IMG/VR virus record: IMGVR_UViG_3300012007_000009
Coordinates: 32,001 to 96,000 of that record
DNA length: 64,000 nt
Strand: one strand, 5' to 3'
From: a virus
Taxonomy: Duplodnaviria > Caudoviricetes
The notes beneath the pieces were generated by a model. It was not told the DNA's origin. It worked only from the letters and a program-made list of their open reading frames with translations, and searched no databases. A program made the translations under genes and the position numbers. This document shows, one piece after another, positions 1 to 10,452 of this stretch. Positions within the stretch are counted from its first letter, which is position 1, and each line of letters starts with the position of its first letter.

Positions 1-816
1 TACGCCATCCCTGGAATACCGTATTTCCCGCGGCAGGTTTTCCGGCACGCACCACATCCTGGTCCTGTCGAACCGGCCGGCTATATAATCAAGATACTGG
101 TCTACCCTGTTGTCCATGATGATGACTTTTCCGGGTATGTCCCGGCTCGTGATATATTTCTTGGCCGTAGCCTGGTCGACCGGAGCAACTGTAACATTGA
201 ACATGTTCGCCAGTGCCATGCAAATCTCGTGGAACGAGTGGTCGGGCCTGTAGTAATACTCGTTGTAGCTCTCGTTGGCCAGTTCGCCTAGAGGGAACTC
301 ATAATCGAAGCCATACATGGTGAGGTGTGACAGCTGTGTCCCGCGCCAGCGCGTAATCTGCATCGCCCGGCAAAATGTCTCGATGAACGCGCTCGGCATT
401 ACGCTTTTCAGCGTAGTAACCAATTTCGACGGCGGGTTTGCCTTGTTGGTAATGACATCCTGTACCTCCGGCTTGGAAAACGCCTCAACGCATTCCTTCC
501 ACTCGGCCTCGTCAACGAACGCCTTTTTTGACAGGGGATACTGAATTACGCCGTTGGTGCTGTTCTTGATGGCTACCTTGTCGTACGGTATGTAGAAGAA
601 CCTCGGGTTGGCAAACTCCCTGTATGTTATGAGTCCGGGCAGCAGTATATCCAGCACATCCTTGTACCTGGACGACACGAGGTCGCCGTAATCGTCAAGG
701 GGTGCGCCGACCGGCGCCGTAGCGAGTAGTTCAACTTCGTTTCCCTGGGATGCCTGGCTGACCGCCTCCATCACCGCATCCATCGTGTACCCAACAATAT
801 ATACCTTGCCGCTCAT
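1..816 (-). CDS. Degenerate UDP-galactopyranose mutase (Glf)-like protein, partial (runs off window start; absent from ORF track)
   Basis: Hand-translated open frame from ATG 816 (MSGKVYIVGYTMDAV...YIPYDKV...TRWRG...YYYRP...KVIIMDNRVDQYLDYIAGRF). Collinear with Glf motifs (IVGAG..., KQWG, YQGIP, VIYTGPIDEYFDY.FG). ATGA overlap with the upstream gene's stop. Confidence 0.65.
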   Translation of the reverse strand, partial: MSGKVYIVGYTMDAVMEAVSQASQGNEVELLATAPVGAPLDDYGDLVSSRYKDVLDILLPGLITYREFANPRFFYIPYDKVAIKNSTNGVIQYPLSKKAFVDEAEWKECVEAFSKPEVQDVITNKANPPSKLVTTLKSVMPSAFIETFCRAMQITRWRGTQLSHLTMYGFDYEFPLGELANESYNEYYYRPDHSFHEICMALANMFNVTVAPVDQATAKKYITSRDIPGKVIIMDNRVDQYLDYIAGRFDRTRMWCVPENLPREIRYSRDGV

Positions 817-1244
817 ATTATAGATGCATCCTTCTGTATAAATGGTAAAATGTACTTTTCTAGCCAGTATTCATCCGGGAACTCAAATATCATGTCGATG
901 ACCTTCCCCTCGCCATCGGTGAATATGTTCACCGGTGCAAAGTCAACATGAATGTCATCAAGTATCGAGCTCGTCGACGCCTCGTCATCCACCACTATGC
1001 GTACTCCCCTCGTGGGGTTTTCGAGAAGACCGTGCTTCCCGAACCAGTTGTACATAGTCTCGATTCCGTGCTTGCATACAGGACATTCGTCCTTGGCGTT
1101 GTAGAAGCTATATACCCACATTATTACCCGTTGGCTGCTGGTAGTGTTCTTGTAGGCATCTAGGCCATATTCCAGCAGCCGGAGGCTCAGCGGTTTATAT
1201 ATTCCGTCTATATCGACCGGTTTTCCACAGCACGGCTTGGGCAT
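813..1244 (-). CDS. Thioredoxin-fold (CxxC) protein
   Basis: FY...ECPVCK motif, later 'APVNIFTDGEGKVI' cis-Pro/beta-hairpin pattern. ATG 1244 preferred over the track's 1271. Confidence 0.6.
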   Translation of the reverse strand: MPKPCCGKPVDIDGIYKPLSLRLLEYGLDAYKNTTSSQRVIMWVYSFYNAKDECPVCKHGIETMYNWFGKHGLLENPTRGVRIVVDDEASTSSILDDIHVDFAPVNIFTDGEGKVIDMIFEFPDEYWLEKYILPFIQKDASII

Positions 1245-1287
1245 GAGTAACTTTCCTGGCTTGTCCTGCAATGTAAACTAGGTCTTT

Positions 1288-1953
1288 TCAGACAGAAACG
1301 GAACCCTTGAACAGGCCGCGCGTGTTTTCCTCGTTGAATATCATCCAGTTTACCGAATGCCGCTTGCACCATGCCTCGGCAGCGGCCCACTTGGCATAGT
1401 TGGTCGCCACATCCAGACTCTTTCTCTGGTAGGTTGCCATTCTGCGCTGGTAGGAGGCTATCTTCTTCTGGTCCTGGCAACCCTGCGGAAGGGGTTTCGG
1501 CGGGACCGGGACAACGGAATATGCTACCGGCTTAATCTCAACAAGCCACTTCTCGACATGGCCGTCATCATACGCTATCTCCAAGTATATATCGGGCTTG
1601 TACAGTGACTGTTTCATATATACCGGGGAACTGTACGGTATGTCGAATGGCTCATATGCCCATTTCAGCACACGCTCGTTCCCGTCGCATAGCACACAAA
1701 ACCGCCGTTCCCAGTCCGACTTGTAATTCACCACTATATCCGGGACTTCCGCTTCCGTGCCATCCGGCATCGTGCGGCGAACCATGGTAACCTTGGTATC
1801 GGGTAGCCGCATGTACTTGTCCGGGTTAATCACGTGGTACGAACCCTTCCGGCAATCGCTGTAGTAACTGTGCTTCCGGCTCCTTATGAGCTTTGGCCGA
1901 GACTCGGTATCCGTCCCGGCCGAACTGACTGACTTCCTGCTCCGCCTACCCAT
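1288..1953 (-). CDS. T4 gp4-like head-completion nuclease (TnsA-like PD-(D/E)xK)
   Basis: NPDKY...YKSDWERRFC..CD....VLKWAYEP..IPY.SP....YKPDIY...LVEIKP...N.AKW.AA..WC. Confidence 0.85.
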   Translation of the reverse strand: MGRRSRKSVSSAGTDTESRPKLIRSRKHSYYSDCRKGSYHVINPDKYMRLPDTKVTMVRRTMPDGTEAEVPDIVVNYKSDWERRFCVLCDGNERVLKWAYEPFDIPYSSPVYMKQSLYKPDIYLEIAYDDGHVEKWLVEIKPVAYSVVPVPPKPLPQGCQDQKKIASYQRRMATYQRKSLDVATNYAKWAAAEAWCKRHSVNWMIFNEENTRGLFKGSVSV

Positions 1954-1956
1954 AAG

Positions 1957-3849
1957 CTATCCCGCGGTTGCGTACATCCTGGAGTAATAGTCAGCCAAGC
2001 TTTCCCCGTTTCTCTGGGATGTCCAGATGATGTTCTGTATGCGCAATACGCGCGCCTTCTCGTAATCCGATTCAACGGAGTAGTTGGCCAGGCGTTCTTC
2101 CTCGTCCATTTTTACCGGGGCCCTCCCGGTAGGCTTCGGGAAATTGGTTTCGAAACCGCCGTTGAAGTTTGCATCCAGCCCACTGGACTTCCCGCGTACA
2201 TCACGCAAAGCCTTGACGGTATTGTTGCTAATCTTAAAGAGTCCGGCAAACCGCAGGAACTGGTACCACTTTTCGGTAAAGTAGGAATCCTCCTCGCACC
2301 CATCCGCTATTGACAACCCGATTGCCCTGAGCGACTCATCCTCCTGTGATGTCAGCGGCTGCTTTCCCACATTTATGTCGTTCTCCCTATCCGGGGAATC
2401 GGTAAACTCGGCAGCATCGCGTACCGGGTCAGTTTCGGTCAGGCTCTTGCCTTCCTGCCCATTACGGAATAGGTCGACATTCCACGCGATACCTCCGGTA
2501 CCGTCAAGGCCGTACGTAACCTTTGCCACGGAGACTTTATTCTTGGCGCGGCTGTTACATGTGCGCAGCCTGTCATACAGGTCATCCCACATGCCCGCCA
2601 GCTCATCGAGAGTATACCCGTCCCCGTTCTCGCTGTATCCCGCATCGTATGCGCTGTCGGCACGCATACAGCACAGATAGATATCGGCCTCGAACGCACG
2701 GTTCCAGAATTCCCCGGTCAGCTGCAGTTCCTCGTTGAATTTCTTTACCTTGTTCTTGATTCGCTCGGACAATGCCGGACACGGATACTCAAGGCAGTTT
2801 ACCCACATTTTCATGCTTTCCATCATGTCCAGTATGCTCATGGTGTATACCGTCTTGCCATCGTCGACTTCCTTTGTATATAAAAGGAGACAGTCGAGAT
2901 GCGACGTCCTTAGCGGGGAAATCAGGAAAGTCACATCCCATTTCTTACGCAAGAACATGGCATACTGCTTGATAAGCCAGCGGAACGGATATATGAACAG
3001 GGTAAACAGGCTATCTATCGCGAGGCTTATTGCGTCAAACATCAGCACCAGGTATTGCTTGATGTAATCATCCATTATGGCACTCAGCCCGGTGGCCAGA
3101 TTCAAACCGTCGATAAACCAGAATTTATCCCGAATGCAGAATATCACCCTATCCGGCTGGTCGGATATGTTATTCCCGTCGGCATCCTCGTCACAACCGG
3201 TTACATATGCGACAAACCGGCATACGCACGGGCACTCCCTCAGGAATCCCTCTAGTGAATCCCAGTCGAAATTAAGAGAAATCTTCAGTGCGTCGGTAAG
3301 GAACTTTTCAATCATGTCATATACATCCAGGATGCACTGCAGTACGGCATCGGTCAGCGCCTTCAGGGCGGATTGCATGCGTTCCCTGGCAGTATCTATC
3401 TTGTCGAATAACGCAAAGGCCGCCTTCGCTATCATTTCCAGCCAGGAATTCACCGTGCCGAATATCGAGGCCACCACGTCGCATATCTTCTTGGTAACAG
3501 AATTGTTCTGTACGAAGTCGCCGATGGCAACCCCGGTGGAAATAGAATTTATCGCGCTTATTACCGAGTCAATTCCTTCACCAACGGTCTTCAGGCCCGG
3601 GCATACCTTATACATCCATTCAAGGAGGTGTTCGGAACAGTCGTATTGGTACAGCGACGTTGCCGCGGCGTCAACCTTTCCCGCCGCACGAATGACAGAG
3701 TCAAGGAAATCACCATCGTCTTCCTCGGTAGTTGCGGTTAGGGAATTTGTCGCGACGTCAGTATCGCGCGTGACCTGCTTTCCGTTACTCCCCTCGCCTC
3801 CGGCATAGTTCGCACCATTTATTACTTCTTCGCAAGTCTTGACAGCCAT
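1957..3849 (-). CDS. Hypothetical Cys-rich helical protein, probably virion/baseplate-associated
   Basis: 630-aa ORF coupled to the gp5-like gene within the baseplate operon; no motif recognised. Confidence 0.5.
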   Translation of the reverse strand: MAVKTCEEVINGANYAGGEGSNGKQVTRDTDVATNSLTATTEEDDGDFLDSVIRAAGKVDAAATSLYQYDCSEHLLEWMYKVCPGLKTVGEGIDSVISAINSISTGVAIGDFVQNNSVTKKICDVVASIFGTVNSWLEMIAKAAFALFDKIDTARERMQSALKALTDAVLQCILDVYDMIEKFLTDALKISLNFDWDSLEGFLRECPCVCRFVAYVTGCDEDADGNNISDQPDRVIFCIRDKFWFIDGLNLATGLSAIMDDYIKQYLVLMFDAISLAIDSLFTLFIYPFRWLIKQYAMFLRKKWDVTFLISPLRTSHLDCLLLYTKEVDDGKTVYTMSILDMMESMKMWVNCLEYPCPALSERIKNKVKKFNEELQLTGEFWNRAFEADIYLCCMRADSAYDAGYSENGDGYTLDELAGMWDDLYDRLRTCNSRAKNKVSVAKVTYGLDGTGGIAWNVDLFRNGQEGKSLTETDPVRDAAEFTDSPDRENDINVGKQPLTSQEDESLRAIGLSIADGCEEDSYFTEKWYQFLRFAGLFKISNNTVKALRDVRGKSSGLDANFNGGFETNFPKPTGRAPVKMDEEERLANYSVESDYEKARVLRIQNIIWTSQRNGESLADYYSRMYATAG

Positions 3850-5096
3850 CAGTAAGTACCCTCCAGTGACTTCAAGTTGGTGTATGCCAGGAACCTGATG
3901 TCGACGGGGTTCGACGGCATGTATGCTATGACTTCAATTTCATCCAGCTTCCCGGCCTGCTTCACGTGGTTGACTACATCGAGGAATTTTTCCATCTGGT
4001 AATCATTTATGTTACCGTCGCCGTAGAATACGATACTTACCGCATCCATGCTTGGCTTGCCACGCATATCGGACCCAAGGGTCGCATCGAACGTGATGTC
4101 GGCGCACTGGACGAAACCTCGGTTGGTTGCCTTGGACTTGTCTTCCAGTGTCGCCAGTACATCGGGGTCGCCATCGGCTACACCGATGAGATAATGTGCG
4201 CAGTTCTTGGCACTGTCATCGGTGTAGTTTGACAATATTTCGGCCAACGGGGTTGTCAACCCGGTCGCCGACAGTATAATGCGCTTGTTTACCTTTGCAC
4301 TGCGCGACTTGGCTGCCGGTGATTCCATGAACGGGATTTCGTAAGTGCTGGACCTACCGACTATCTCCTTACGCTGCTGGCCATCAATTTCGGCATCCTT
4401 GGTTCCTTCTACCGCCGTTCCCGTAGAGCCACCGTTACCGCGCAACGTGTCGATGGTGGACCTGGAAATATGCGGCACCCGGAGATATTCCGAGCCGGAA
4501 CGCAGGGCGTTCTCGGCACTTCCCACCGGCTTGCACGTAAATATGTCTATCGTGGCTTCAGTCAGTACCGACACCGGAGCTATACCGGCCTCGTCGGACG
4601 CATTGGCCGAGTTCAGTACAACTTCCCCGGCGGCATTCCAGGAAATCTCTGAATTGTTGCCGGGGTTCCTGGTAGTCGATATGTGTGAGCGCCGATTGTG
4701 CGTATACAGGTACCCGGTTTCGCCCATGTTAAACACGGCAACATCCGGATATTCCCCGACATATTCTTCGGGCAAAAAGTTCTTGGTTGCCGATAGTCCA
4801 AAATACATACCCTGGTTGATATCGCCATCAATGAACTTGACCAGCAGCCAATGTCCCTTCTGCGGGACCTGCTGCATGCCGGTAGTCAATTCCGGGGCAA
4901 ACCAGGGCTGCATTTTATCCGGCCATTTATCGGTTACTCCACTGACCCGAGCCTGTACATGGCCGGCCCTATTCGGGTCAACCGACGTTCCCACAACTTG
5001 CGCATAGTAGCGGGGGGAAGTCAGCGGCCCCGGCTTCTTGTACACAATAGAATAGGCAGTTTCCCATGGAAACTTGAAATCGGGAGACGATATCAT
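3849..5096 (-). CDS. gp5/VgrG-like baseplate spike (N-terminal OB fold) with a C-terminal Amidase_2/PGRP-like domain
   Basis: YYAQVV...DPNRAGHVQARV.G...PW..P...VPQKGHWLLVKFIDGDINQGMYFG is the gp5 OB-fold signature. C-terminus has RIILSATG...CAHYLIG...VQ...SIVFYG...YQM. Confidence 0.75.
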   Translation of the reverse strand: MISSPDFKFPWETAYSIVYKKPGPLTSPRYYAQVVGTSVDPNRAGHVQARVSGVTDKWPDKMQPWFAPELTTGMQQVPQKGHWLLVKFIDGDINQGMYFGLSATKNFLPEEYVGEYPDVAVFNMGETGYLYTHNRRSHISTTRNPGNNSEISWNAAGEVVLNSANASDEAGIAPVSVLTEATIDIFTCKPVGSAENALRSGSEYLRVPHISRSTIDTLRGNGGSTGTAVEGTKDAEIDGQQRKEIVGRSSTYEIPFMESPAAKSRSAKVNKRIILSATGLTTPLAEILSNYTDDSAKNCAHYLIGVADGDPDVLATLEDKSKATNRGFVQCADITFDATLGSDMRGKPSMDAVSIVFYGDGNINDYQMEKFLDVVNHVKQAGKLDEIEVIAYMPSNPVDIRFLAYTNLKSLEGTY

Positions 5097-6442
5097 TTTT
5101 TCGTCTCCTTGTTCAATGACGCAAATACGGTATTTCCCAAGGCAAGCACGGACTTGTAGTCCGGGCTGAGCATGCCGGCATATCCGTTATTGGTAATCAT
5201 AATGATTTCCGTTAACAAATCGGCAGTATTTTCGGTGCGTTCCTTGCCGAGTATACCAGTAGTTACGGTAGCATCCTTTACGATACGCTTGCCAACTATA
5301 ATATACCTTGCGCTGTAATTTTCATCCGGCAAAATATCGCCAGTTTTCAGCTTGGGCGAGCTCGCGTAAAAATATACACACGAACCAACCGCTGGCCCCG
5401 GATGGTTATACAAGTACACGCGAACCATTTTTGAATATTCCGCGAGCAAGTAATTTCGGATAAACGGGGCTATCGAATATGTCTTGTGGGTATTGGATGG
5501 GAATGGCTTAATTACATACTGCCTTCCATATGCCTTCTTCTCCATGTATTCGGTAGACGCTCCCATCGTGCCAAGTATCGAGCTCCAGCATTCTTCGCTG
5601 CATATGCCGGTATCCTTGCTGCTCCCGGATGCCGTACTGTCTATAATCATGTTAGGCGACCGGGCTTCCCGGGTTGTGCCGGCCATATCGGTTGGCATAT
5701 ATCCCATGTAGTACCAGACTATAGTATCGCTGTCCTTCAGCTTGTGACAGGCTGCAGTAGTCGGCATATTCGAGTCGTTGCTGTACATCATGAAGTTTTT
5801 GGGCTTGGTGCCCTTGGATACGTTAAATGTACCAAGAACGTAAGTTTGGGCCAGTTCATCGTAAGTCCAATACAGTATGTCCCCGGGGATGGATGAATGC
5901 TCGATAACATTATCCATATGTGTACTAATATCGCCATCAACGAACCGCCAGGTCATATTGTCGCTTATGGAGTTTGGCTTTTTGGCTGGCGACACTTTGT
6001 CCAGCAGAGGGATACTCTTCTCGCTGAATAGCTTGTTTGCCGCCTCAACACTCGTGCCATCCATCGCAAATGCTTCCATTACGCTCTGCATTTCCGGAGT
6101 GCCGAATACAAACGAAATGTCAATCGACACCATGTCCTGGGAAACTTGGCTTCTTACGGCCGAATAGATGTATATTGGCAATTCTATGGCGCCGTTATCC
6201 GGTTTCAACCCATATAGCAGCAACCGGCCATAGGTGCCACTTTTGGGGTCACCTGCAGCATCCGGAGTACTAACCAAGTTTGCGGAGCCATACGGGAGAT
6301 GGTTGATGGGCATTTCTAGCTTGAACATATGAATTGCCGCATCGTTAAATACGCCATAATCACGCTTATCCGCGTCGGCACTTGAGCCCTTCTCTATCAT
6401 GATAGCTAGAGAATACCGTTCACCTACTCTAGTATTAGCCAT
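5093..6442 (-). CDS. Baseplate hub protein (gp27/GpD-like), putative
   Basis: Position between gp53-like and gp5-like genes; 449 aa; C-terminal 'P...VGSCV...DENYSARYIIV' resembles the hub 'SG.Y.I' strand. Confidence 0.55.
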   Translation of the reverse strand: MANTRVGERYSLAIMIEKGSSADADKRDYGVFNDAAIHMFKLEMPINHLPYGSANLVSTPDAAGDPKSGTYGRLLLYGLKPDNGAIELPIYIYSAVRSQVSQDMVSIDISFVFGTPEMQSVMEAFAMDGTSVEAANKLFSEKSIPLLDKVSPAKKPNSISDNMTWRFVDGDISTHMDNVIEHSSIPGDILYWTYDELAQTYVLGTFNVSKGTKPKNFMMYSNDSNMPTTAACHKLKDSDTIVWYYMGYMPTDMAGTTREARSPNMIIDSTASGSSKDTGICSEECWSSILGTMGASTEYMEKKAYGRQYVIKPFPSNTHKTYSIAPFIRNYLLAEYSKMVRVYLYNHPGPAVGSCVYFYASSPKLKTGDILPDENYSARYIIVGKRIVKDATVTTGILGKERTENTADLLTEIIMITNNGYAGMLSPDYKSVLALGNTVFASLNKETKK

Positions 6443-6894
6443 TAATCAATATCCTCACTGCCGTCAGCATCAGCCAGCGTGTCGTACCTCTCCAGCCAGG
6501 CAACCGCCGTGTCCGGGCTCGGTACAAACATGATTCTCCCGGAAGTCACATCGGTGATGTTCCCATCATGCATATTTTTGTACGATAGCCAGTCTCGCGA
6601 GCCAAGAACCCTGAGTTCATCGATAGCCTTTGCCTCGTTCTTAGCGTGCGATGGCTTTACCCCCCTTAAAACTACTTCATTTTCAAGTGCTTCGGTTGCT
6701 GGCCTGATACCCGGTCGATTCGTAAATGCATCCACGATGCCATTGGCCATAGCAAACATTTTGTACGATTTTGGACTGGAATACATATCATTGAGTATCA
6801 AATCCAATCGGCCCGTCTGATACGACGGTACATTGAACAGGTCAATGTAGTCAAAATTTCTGCTTCTCATACGTGGAAAATGTTCTTTAGGCAT
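6442..6894 (-). CDS. gp53/LysM-like baseplate wedge protein
   Basis: GRLDLILNDMYSSP..YKMFAMANGIVDAF ... GRIMFVP. Confidence 0.7.
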   Translation of the reverse strand: MPKEHFPRMRSRNFDYIDLFNVPSYQTGRLDLILNDMYSSPKSYKMFAMANGIVDAFTNRPGIRPATEALENEVVLRGVKPSHAKNEAKAIDELRVLGSRDWLSYKNMHDGNITDVTSGRIMFVPSPDTAVAWLERYDTLADADGSEDID

Positions 6895-6906
6895 ATCAAC
6901 CCCGCT

Positions 6907-8163
6907 TTATTTTTTGACACCTGGGTTCGGTTTATTGCTACCTGCCCCGACTGGGGGTGACCCGCTACCGCTAGCAGTGTTTTTTCCTTCGCCACCACTA
7001 TCAGGCGGGGTTACATCTGTCTTTGGAGGGTCCTTTTCGGATTCACCGACAATGTAGCCCAGATTGAATACGTCATCGCCAAGCCACCTAACAAATCCCT
7101 TATTGGGGTCAGGTGTCATCCATGTCTCAAATTGTATATTTGCATTAACGAAGAGTGGAATATTCGAGCCATCCTCGGTCATGAACTGTTCCTTGCTTCC
7201 GGTCAACTGAACATTGGTTATGACAAGCGGCTCGATGTCCAGTATATGCCCCAGAGTCAGCCGAACAGGAAATGGCGCGAACGTGATTGACCCGCCGAAT
7301 GTTTCGTTTGCTTTTAACCCAAATTGTATAACTTGGTTAATTCCAAATCCGGCAGCTTTAGCGAGTGCACCCAATCCACCGCCCATGTAATCGCCCACCG
7401 CTCCGACGGCCGTCCTAGCCGCATTGGCAACGGTACCGCCGCCACCCTCTTGCTCATCCGATTCCAATGGTGCAGTTTCTGCCTGTTGGTTCGACTCTTT
7501 CATTCCCGCTTTAATGTCTTTAGCAACAGTTTTCAGGGCTGTTGCTATTTTCTGTACGTAGTCTCCATTCTTGTTCTGGTCAAAATTCCTAACATATGCA
7601 ATTTTCAATAATCTGGCTATGGATACCCGTGCCTGGGCCTCCATTTCTGGCATATACCAGCTACACCGGACATTTTTATTGAACTGGAAATCGGCCTTGC
7701 TAAAACTTTTTAGCGTACCGGTACCGGTACTCGTATTGTCAATCCCGACACGGGACATTAATTTATTTATCGTCCCGGAAACGTCAGCCGCACGGGTAGC
7801 CAGGAACCCAACACCGGGAAGCTTTTCCAGCGTTTTTGCCAATCCGGCAAACGTAGCATCACCCCGGGGTTCCCAATTTGACCGTAAATCGAATCCAATA
7901 TCGCCCGTTTGCTGTGGGTCGAAAATTGCATAAAATGGGCGGTTGGCATCGTCCGGCATCAGTTGTTCTACCAATGTCGTGCGCAAAAGCTCCATCTTAC
8001 CGAAAAATCCACCAAGGTATCGCTGACGGGCCTTCGGCGACAAAACTTCAATTCTTACCACATTAGGATTGGGCAGATTGAACGAATGGGCATACATGCC
8101 CTTTCCCGGCGTGTCGTGCTCGGGAAATGGTTTGTATCGACTGAGTAATGCCTTGTCCGCCAT
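6907..8163 (-). CDS. Baseplate-tail tube junction protein (gp48/gp54-like), putative
   Basis: 'PFPVRLTLGHILDIEPLVITNVQL...P.FVNANIQFET' tube-fold C-terminus; synteny between tape-measure and gp53-like genes. Confidence 0.55.
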   Translation of the reverse strand: MADKALLSRYKPFPEHDTPGKGMYAHSFNLPNPNVVRIEVLSPKARQRYLGGFFGKMELLRTTLVEQLMPDDANRPFYAIFDPQQTGDIGFDLRSNWEPRGDATFAGLAKTLEKLPGVGFLATRAADVSGTINKLMSRVGIDNTSTGTGTLKSFSKADFQFNKNVRCSWYMPEMEAQARVSIARLLKIAYVRNFDQNKNGDYVQKIATALKTVAKDIKAGMKESNQQAETAPLESDEQEGGGGTVANAARTAVGAVGDYMGGGLGALAKAAGFGINQVIQFGLKANETFGGSITFAPFPVRLTLGHILDIEPLVITNVQLTGSKEQFMTEDGSNIPLFVNANIQFETWMTPDPNKGFVRWLGDDVFNLGYIVGESEKDPPKTDVTPPDSGGEGKNTASGSGSPPVGAGSNKPNPGVKK

Positions 8164-8166
8164 ATA

Positions 8167-10425
8167 CTATTTCCTCCCTACGAGGGATTCATTGATTTGC
8201 TGTCCCTGAAGTTTCGCAGTCTCTTCGGTTTGCTGTTTTACTTCTTCGTCGGTAAGAGCCCGTTTAGTTCCCTTGTAAGTAGCATCCTCCAATCTAGCAG
8301 CCTGCTCCTCGGCTGTCTCCACCTTTTCGGGGGTCGCCTGGACACCGGGCATGACAGCGTTAGGCGCATTGACCTGTGCTAAGCTGCCCGGGGCCATCTT
8401 CTGGTCACCAAATCCCGGCAGCGAATTCATATCAAGTGTCGCCGCTTGTTGAACCTGCTTGTATGCTTGGTTCCGCTGTTCTTCTTGCTCTTTATCCCAT
8501 ACTTTGCGGTACGCATTCAATTTTTCAACGTCGTCACGCCCGATTCCCTGCTTTTCCGCGGCTTTCATAAATTGGGCATTGACTGCCTCCATCTGTTTTT
8601 GTTTCTGCTCCAAGGTTAACAACTGGTCTATCTTCTTCCTGGCATCTTCATTATACAGTAGCGCAACAGCATCATCTCTGTCATCGCTGAAATTATTCGC
8701 GATTTTTTGTAATTCCATTCGGTTAAGGTCACCCAGTTTCTTGTCGCCAAGTAGGTTTTTTATCGCCATCAACTTATCAGTAGAAAAAGAACTGCCCCTC
8801 AAGAAGGTATATTCGCCTTCTTCATGCAGTTCCTTACGTAAGGCTTCCTGCTCAGCTAGATTCTTTTCGATGTCGGCGCGGTATGTATGCGTTTGTGCAC
8901 GCTCTTCTCGTAATTTCTTAGCATTATCATGCATGTCCTTTATATTGTTATTGGCTTCATCCTTTCCCTCGTCCGATGTCAGGTCTAGCAATGCGTCGGC
9001 TGCGGTTATAATATGTCCGAGCGAAGCTAATGCAGCAGTACCAAGGGCTGCATACAGGCCTCCCTTGCCCAGTCCCTTCAGGCCGCCAATCAATGATTTC
9101 TTTAAGCCATCAAACAGAGAACCATCGTTTCCTTTTTTGAAGAATTCGGTACCCATCTTATAAAAATCGGGCCGCATTTGTGTATCTAGCTTTCTCTGTA
9201 TATCGGCGGCTTCCTTCGCCGAACTAGATTTATCCAGTCCACTTTTAGTGTTTTCCCCAATTTCGACCGGTTCGTTGCGGTCCCCGCTCAGCGCTTTAAC
9301 TGTTGCCTGTTCGTCATCGCCACCGACAATTTCAGCATCGATAACCTTGCTTCGGTCAATCTTTGAAACGGATGAATTCAGTGCCTTTCCCAGCACCTCT
9401 CCGGTGAGCGGTGCATCGCCGGCACCGGGTGCTGGCAACGCCAGTAGCCCACTTCCGGTGGTACCGGTATTGGCTGCCGGCGCGTTACCCTTATTGGTAT
9501 CGACGGGTTTATTGTTTTTGAATGTCTCGTTCAACGATGACAGCATATTATGAATGCTATCCATTGCCATTGTTTCCTTGGATGGCATTCCGTCTGGCAT
9601 TTCCGCTAAATCATCGTTCTTCCGTTCCCTAATACGTTGAGCGGCATATACTTTGGCAAGCGCTTTAGCCTGCATGGCATTGCGTATGCTTTCTAGTTCA
9701 TCTTCGCTCGCCCCACCAGCCTTCATCTTACGGTACTGCGCGCTAAGACGCTTCCGTTCCTTTTCCGAACGCTTGATTAGAGCCTCATCCTTTGCAGTTT
9801 CCTTCTCCTCGGCTCGAACATCCCGGTCCTTCCACCAGTTCTTCAGTGTATTTATGCCGCCAAGCCCGAGTGTATCCAGTGCCTTTTCGCTGAAGGTTCT
9901 GTCGTCTGCATTGCCATTCAGCGCCGCCTTTATTATTTGGTTGGTTTCCTTGTTTTCCTGGGTGACGGAATTTTCTAGGCCGAATGACTTCTTCATCGCA
10001 CCAAGGACGTTGGTATCGGAAAATGCCGCTGTCAGGGCAGACTTGTACATGTCGGCCTGTGTGGTAGGCTGTGGCGCGAATGCCATTTCCCAGAACCCGG
10101 CCTGCCCTCGTTCGAGCGGTGCGCTACTCAGTTTCCTGGCTTCTTCGTTTTGTTTCTGCGCTTCATCGTATATGCGACGTTCGTTTTCTATCCCCATCAT
10201 GGATGATGAGAGTACGGAGGCCATCGAGGTAAAATACGGGCTGTCCTGGCGTCCCATAGCGTCGGACAGTTCGTTGACGCGAGTAGTCATTCCGGACAGC
10301 GAGCTGGTAATCGATTCCAGCTTCTGTTCCAGGGACCTTAGTGTGCTAAGAGTGTCTTCCTCAACACGAGACGGTTGATTCTGCGCAGTTGCTGTTGTTG
10401 CTGTTGTCTGTGTTGTTTCGGCCAT
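8167..10425 (-). CDS. Tape-measure/gp29-like helical protein, putative
   Basis: 752-aa Ala/Lys/Glu-rich helical ORF with a Gly/Ala hydrophobic stretch; first gene of the baseplate operon, downstream of an ATAAACT motif. Confidence 0.55.
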   Translation of the reverse strand: MAETTQTTATTATAQNQPSRVEEDTLSTLRSLEQKLESITSSLSGMTTRVNELSDAMGRQDSPYFTSMASVLSSSMMGIENERRIYDEAQKQNEEARKLSSAPLERGQAGFWEMAFAPQPTTQADMYKSALTAAFSDTNVLGAMKKSFGLENSVTQENKETNQIIKAALNGNADDRTFSEKALDTLGLGGINTLKNWWKDRDVRAEEKETAKDEALIKRSEKERKRLSAQYRKMKAGGASEDELESIRNAMQAKALAKVYAAQRIRERKNDDLAEMPDGMPSKETMAMDSIHNMLSSLNETFKNNKPVDTNKGNAPAANTGTTGSGLLALPAPGAGDAPLTGEVLGKALNSSVSKIDRSKVIDAEIVGGDDEQATVKALSGDRNEPVEIGENTKSGLDKSSSAKEAADIQRKLDTQMRPDFYKMGTEFFKKGNDGSLFDGLKKSLIGGLKGLGKGGLYAALGTAALASLGHIITAADALLDLTSDEGKDEANNNIKDMHDNAKKLREERAQTHTYRADIEKNLAEQEALRKELHEEGEYTFLRGSSFSTDKLMAIKNLLGDKKLGDLNRMELQKIANNFSDDRDDAVALLYNEDARKKIDQLLTLEQKQKQMEAVNAQFMKAAEKQGIGRDDVEKLNAYRKVWDKEQEEQRNQAYKQVQQAATLDMNSLPGFGDQKMAPGSLAQVNAPNAVMPGVQATPEKVETAEEQAARLEDATYKGTKRALTDEEVKQQTEETAKLQGQQINESLVGRK

Positions 10426-10445
10426 AGGTTACACTCCAAAACAAC

Positions 10446-10452
10446 AGTTTAT
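10446..10452 (-). promoter_or_regulatory. Putative late promoter (TATATAAACT)
   Basis: ATAAACT recurs just upstream of virion-type genes (see findings). Confidence 0.6.
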
